NCBI RefSeq assembly: GCF_009914755.1
Contig: NC_060930.1
Origin: the human T2T-CHM13v2.0 reference genome, Homo sapiens
Strand: one strand, 5' to 3'
Length of the DNA: 64,000 nt
Shown here one piece after another: positions 58,270 to 64,000 of this stretch. The first letter of the stretch is position 1; every line of letters starts with the position of its first letter. The notes beneath the pieces were generated by a model. The model did not search any database. It saw nothing but the letters and a program-made list of their open reading frames with translations, and was not told the origin of the DNA. The position numbers were made by a program, and so were the translations under genes.

Positions 58270-58329
58270 CTCGAGTTAACCTTCAGCTACTTGGAGATTC
58301 ATGGCGTCGTTTGCAGCAAGTCAGCTCAG
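58270..58329 (+). CDS. CARMIL1: CARMIL1 internal coding exon, 60 nt, phase 0-0 (probably exon 4), PH-like domain
   Basis: Long pyrimidine tract then caattgcAG (58268-69), donor CAG|GTGAGT. Translates LELTFSYLEIHGVVCSKSAQ, directly following ...ARIPTK in CARMIL1. CpGs retained. Confidence 0.96.
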
Positions 58330-58934
58330 GTGAGTGTGAAAAATGGATCACTGCAAGATCATGATCTTTCTTGAATTCTTGAAACCCTAAAATGTTCCGT
58401 GAGACAATGTGGATAAACAAGGTTAGGGAAGATGAAATTTTTGAAATGAGAGACTCAACACTGGCTGTGTGGACAGGAGTTGGGAATTCATTCTGATAAG
58501 GAAAACACATTCTCCATAACTCAGTTTGTGAAGAACAAATTAGCTCTTATGATAACCGGCAGTGTAAACGTGAGAGTACTGTTCCTTATAGAGTTTGTAC
58601 AACATGCTTTAACACTAAAATTGCATAGCAATTGTATAGTACTATATAAGGGCTTAGTGGGAATATAGTGATAAATGAATTTTTTGGATTTATTAAAATG
58701 CTGATTTAAAAAAATAGCTTTATTGGGCTATAACTAACTGCAGTAAACTAAAGTGTACAATTTGATAAGTGTTGACATATGTATGACTCTGTCTTCGCCC
58801 TCTTCCCCACCTGCAGTCAATCTGCAGGTATCTACTTTTGGTTGCTGTAGTTTGCATTTTAAAAATTTTATATGAATGATGTCATACAATGTATACTTCT
58901 TCCTGTCTGCCTTCTTTCAGTCAGTTTAATTATT

Positions 58935-59109
58935 ATTATTTTAATTTTTAATTTTATTTTTAGTTCTGGGGTACATGTGCAGGGTGTGCCAGTTTGTTAC
59001 CCAGGTAAATGTGTGCCATGGTGGTTTGCTGCACCTATCCATCCATCACCTAGGTATTAAGCCCAGCACGCATTAGCTATTTTTCTTAATACTCTCCCTC
59101 CCCCAACCC
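58935..59109 (-). mobile_element. Short L1PA (mid-age) 3' end
   Basis: ggggtacatgtgcag..cctaggtattaagcccagc, TSD cagtttaattatt. Confidence 0.88.
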
Positions 59110-60803
59110 CAGTTTAATTATTTTGAGATTGATCTACTTTGTTGCATGTCTCAATAGTTTATTCTTTTTGTTGCTGAGTAGTGTTTAATTGTGTGGCTAT
59201 ATTACAGTTCGTTTATCCATTCGCCTGATGTGAGGGACATTTGGGTTGTTTCCCATCTTGGCTATGATGAATAAAGCTGCTATGAATATTTAAGTACAAG
59301 TTTTTGATTGGACCTGTACTTTCATTTCCCATGTGTAATTACCTAGGGGTAGAATGGCTGAATTGTATAGTAGCTATATGTTTAACTTTTTGAGAAACCG
59401 TCACACTTTTCCACAGTGGTTTTACTATTTTACATTGTCCCCAGCAGCATATGAGAGTTGTAGTCCCTCCACATCCTCCCCAACACTGGTATAGTCAGTC
59501 TTTTTAATGTTAGCCATTCAACAAGTATGTAGTGCTTTTTCATTGTGGTTTTAATTTGCATTTCCCTAATGACAGAACATGTGGAGTATCTTTTTATCTG
59601 TTTATTTGCCATCACGTATTTCCTTCTGCCATTACAGAAATTGGGCTGTTTGTTTTCTTATTGAATTTTGAGTTTTTAAAAAAATACATTCTGGATACAA
59701 AGCCTTTATCAGATATTTTCTCTCAGTCTGGTGGCTTGTCTTTTCATTCCCTTAACAGTGTCTTTCAAAGAGCAGAAGTTTTAAATGTTGATGAAGTCCA
59801 ATTTATCAATGTTTTCTTTTATGGATTGTGCTTTTAGTATCATATTGAATAAATCTTTGCTTAACCCAAGGTCACAGAATGTTCTATATCTTCCAGAAGT
59901 TTTACAGCTTTAGGTTACACATGTAGGCCTATGATCCATTTTGAAGTAATTTTTGAATATAAAGCTATGTATAGATCAAAATTTTTTTTTAGTTTGTCTT
60001 TTTTTTCTCATATGTGTATTATATTCACTTGTTCCAGTAACATTTGTTTGAAAGACTATTGTTTCCTCACTGAGCTTGTTTTCACCTTTGTTGAAATTCT
60101 GTAGTCCGTTTAAGTGTGAATCTATTTCTGGACTCTGAATCCCGTCTCCTTGCTACTATCTTCATGCCACTCTTATACTCTCTTTATTATTGTGGCTTGT
60201 TTACAACAAAATTTGAAATCAGATAGTGTTAGTCCTCCAACGTTTTTCTTCTTTTTCAAAATTGTTCTAGTGATTCTAGGTCCTTTGCAATTCCGTATGA
60301 ATTTTAGAAACACCTCAGTTTCTATAAAAAGCTTGCTGGAATTTTGGCTGATATTACAATGAATTTTTAAATCACTTTGGGGAAGAGCTGACATCTTAGT
60401 AATGTACAGTCTTCGGACCTAAGAAAACTATATATTTCTCCATTTGTTTAGGTCTTTTTCAGTTTTTCTGAGTGTATTTTGTTGTAGCTTTCAGTGTACT
60501 GGTCTTACATATGTCTAAATTCATTCCTAAGTGTTTAATATTTTTTGATGCTACTATAAATTGTGTTATTTTTTACATTTCAGTTTTCAGTTGTCTCTTG
60601 CTGGTATTAGAAATATAATTGATTTTTGCATATTGACCTTATATCCTGTAACCTGCTATCTTGTTCTACTCACGTATTAGTTCTAGTAGCTTTTAAAAAT
60701 AGACTTCATCATTTTTTACAAAGATGATGTCATTTGTGAATATGGATGGGTACCTTTTATTTTTAACATGGGTGCCTTTTATTTCTTTGTCTAGTCTTAT
60801 TGC

Positions 60804-61257
60804 TATTGGGAGATATTCCTCCATTGGTGGAGCAATTCCTACATATTTTGCTGGGTATGCCAGGAATTTAGGGCTGTGACTTCTCTTTGCCCAGGCTATT
60901 TCTCAGGGTTGATAGCAATGAGCATCTTGTGGGATGGTGGAATAGTTCCATTGAATAAAGAACAGGCTTGCTTACTTCTTACCATGAAAACAGTAGATTT
61001 CCAATGTCCAAGGGTTCCTTTCTTGTCAGCAGCCTACTGTGTGTGCAAGCATCCATCTGAAGCACCATATGGGACTTTGAGGGCAGGGGAATCTATCCAA
61101 ATGTGGTACACATGCCTTTTGTTGTACCATGAATCATAAAATCCTATGTCTCTGACCCAGGCGTCTCCTGTCTTCTGCAGCATCAATGAAACATCTAATA
61201 GGCTAACTTACTGGCCTACAAGTAGGGTAAAAACTCAGAACTTGGCAATTGTTCTGG
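60804..61257 (+). mobile_element. LTR40-family (ERVL) solo LTR
   Basis: ttgggagatattcctcc..tctctgacccaggcgtctcctgtcttctgcagcatc..caagtagggtaaaa. Confidence 0.8.
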
Positions 61258-61552
61258 TACTTATAAGACAGTGCTGAATGGAAGTGGCAAGAGCAAATCT
61301 TCCTGTCTTTTTCCTAGTCTTTGAGGGAACGCATTCATTCTTTCACCATTAAGTGTGATGTTAGCTGTAGGTTTTTAAAATAGATGCCCTTTATCTGGTT
61401 TAAGAAGTTTCTTTCTATTTTTAGTTTGTTGAGAGTTTTAATCAGGAATTAGTGTTGGATTTTGGCAAATGTTTTTTCTCTGTCTGTTGAGATTATTGTG
61501 TGGTTTTCTTTCTTTTTTTAAGCTTCTTAAAATGATTAGTTATATTGATTAA

Positions 61553-61900
<348 letters not shown>

Positions 61901-62195
61901 TGATATATTATTTTTTTAATGTTGAATTCCAAATATTAAAATTTTGTGAAGAGTGTTTTGCATTGATGTTTGTGGGAGTTATTGGTTTGTCTTTTTTTTT
62001 TTTTTTAACATTTTTGGCTGGCTTCTCTATTAGAGAATCATAGATTTATAGAATGATTCTATATATTTCTCCTATATAGAGGAGGAAGTAGTTCCTTCTC
62101 TTAAATTTTTTCTGTTGAGATGGTATTAATTTTTGTCTTAAATGTTTACTTAAATTTACTGGTGAAATTATTTGGGCCTTGAGTTTTCTCTTTGA

Positions 62196-62499
<304 letters not shown>

Positions 62500-62787
62500 T
62501 GGGAAGGTTTTAAATTGCAAATTCTATTAATATTCCTTAATGATATAGATCCATTTATATTTCTTTTCTTGAATGAGCTTTGGTAGTTTGTGTCTTTTAA
62601 GAAATTTGTTTATTTTATGTAAGTTGTTGAATTTATTGGAATAAAGTTGTTAATAATATCCACTTGTTATACTTCTAATATCTGTAGAGTGTCATTCCCA
62701 ATATTGGTAATTTGGTTATCTCTCTCTTTTTCCATTTCAGTCAGGTTAGAGGTCTACCAATTTTTTTTTATCTTTTCAAACAACTTT

Positions 62788-62897
62788 TTTTTTATTATTA
62801 TACTTTAAGTTTTAGGGTACATGTGCACAATGTGCAGGTTAGTTACATATGTATACATGTGCCATGCTGGTGCGCTGCACCCACTAACTCATCATTT
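62788..62897 (-). mobile_element. About 110-bp L1PA2/3 3' end
   Basis: tatactttaagttttagggtacatgtgcacaatgtgcagg.., TSD aacaacttt. Confidence 0.92.
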
Positions 62898-63033
62898 AAC
62901 AACTTTCTTTTTGGTTCCATTGGTTTTCTTTATTGATTTCATTGATTTTCTATTTCCTATTTCATCGACTTTTGCTCTGATCTTTGTTCTTTCCTTCTAC
63001 TTTTTGTTTTAGCTTTTAAAACTACAAAGAAAG

Positions 63034-63065
63034 TGTGTGTGTGTGTGTGTGTTTGTGTGTATGTG
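63034..63065. repeat. (TG)n microsatellite
   Basis: Visible TG run. Confidence 0.9.
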
Positions 63066-64000
63066 GAGTTTGTTCATAATGTTCTTTAAAATTGTCAAAA
63101 TTGTCACTATGTTTTTTGAGATTTCATACAAACTCTTGGAACTTTTCCACAGTTCATCTTAGAGCAATGTTTTATTTTATGTGTTTATCATTTTCCAGAA
63201 ACTGGAGTTTGAAAGAAAAATCGCAGCAACATATGTTTGCCCAAATGGTCAAACATATGCAGGAGTGAATGATCACTCGTGAATGATGACATAATGACAT
63301 AACAAGGGTCTTCTCGGTGGTCTTAATTCAGGAATGTTTATGTTTATGATTTGAGAGCTGGGATGGGAGCAGAAGGGCACTAGCGAAATGTTAATGCCAA
63401 GGTTATGTTCGAAATATGATTTCACTGTGCTATTTAATTATGAGAAAGAGTGTTGATGCAGCAAGACTAATTTTCCCATGTGGCTGCCAAAATTGGTCTT
63501 ACCACACTTGTAGTCTTGCCCCTTTCAATATGCGTACCATTCAGAGGAACTGTGTATAAAGCCGTCTGTCTCAGCCCCTGTCAGTGTCAGTACCAAATGA
63601 ATAGCTTTACAACAGTGCTTCAATTTAACTTTGACCCACAGTATGGACCTTTGAGATGAAATTATAGTGAACATTGGCACTGCTTCTGTAAATGGCCTAG
63701 CAATTCAGAGACTGGCAATACTAGTAACCTAATGGTATTCAAAATTTGCTGTGTTTTGGAACTGCCTGTGATTGTTTTTAAAAATATACTTTCAGCAGTA
63801 CCCTTCTCTCTGTCACATCATACTTCCTCATTCTCCTCAAACACACACAATATATACTTAGGACAGTTACAGTTCTATACATCCGCGGTGGACGTTTGTT
63901 TTTTTAACAAGTGCACCATTTGATTCTGTTGCATTCCAAAGGTTAAGAACCAGTGAGCTGTGTAACCAGTGACCTCTAGTTTTGATTTTCTTTTATATAA

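Noticed and set aside
58102-58374. 90-aa ATG-initiated ORF
   Set aside because: It is the 60-nt CARMIL1 exon plus intronic read-through. Only the 33-nt extension is kept as a hypothesis.

Overview
Human (primate) genomic DNA, almost all intronic, from CARMIL1 (LRRC16A) on the + strand. Two short phase-0 coding exons are present: 51888-51938 (VLTSCRAFLVTARIPTK) and 58270-58329 (LELTFSYLEIHGVVCSKSAQ), which I recognise as consecutive pieces of the N-terminal PH-like domain (exons 3 and 4 by my recollection). The rest is typical mammalian repeat landscape: a near-full-length antisense L1PB, a long old antisense L1M, young L1PA 3' ends, about 19 Alu/FLAM/FRAM copies, LTR12 inside Alu inside MER21, LTR40, L2/MIR/CR1 relics, DNA-transposon MITEs and a U6 retropseudogene. 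No other ORF in the track is credible as a gene, and I see no new multi-gene system. The best leads are: (1) a textbook recursive-splice site (Y-tract-CAG|GTGAGT at 37500/37501) with a 38-nt frameshifting RS-exon; (2) several templated-insertion scars (49.8-50.1 kb mosaic, 57.1 kb, 22.6 kb); (3) a possible antisense unit (LTR12 promoter plus a minus-strand exon at 1725-1858); (4) splicing-control features around the two exons. Repeat subfamily names are from memory of consensus sequences, and repeat boundaries are approximate unless a TSD is quoted.
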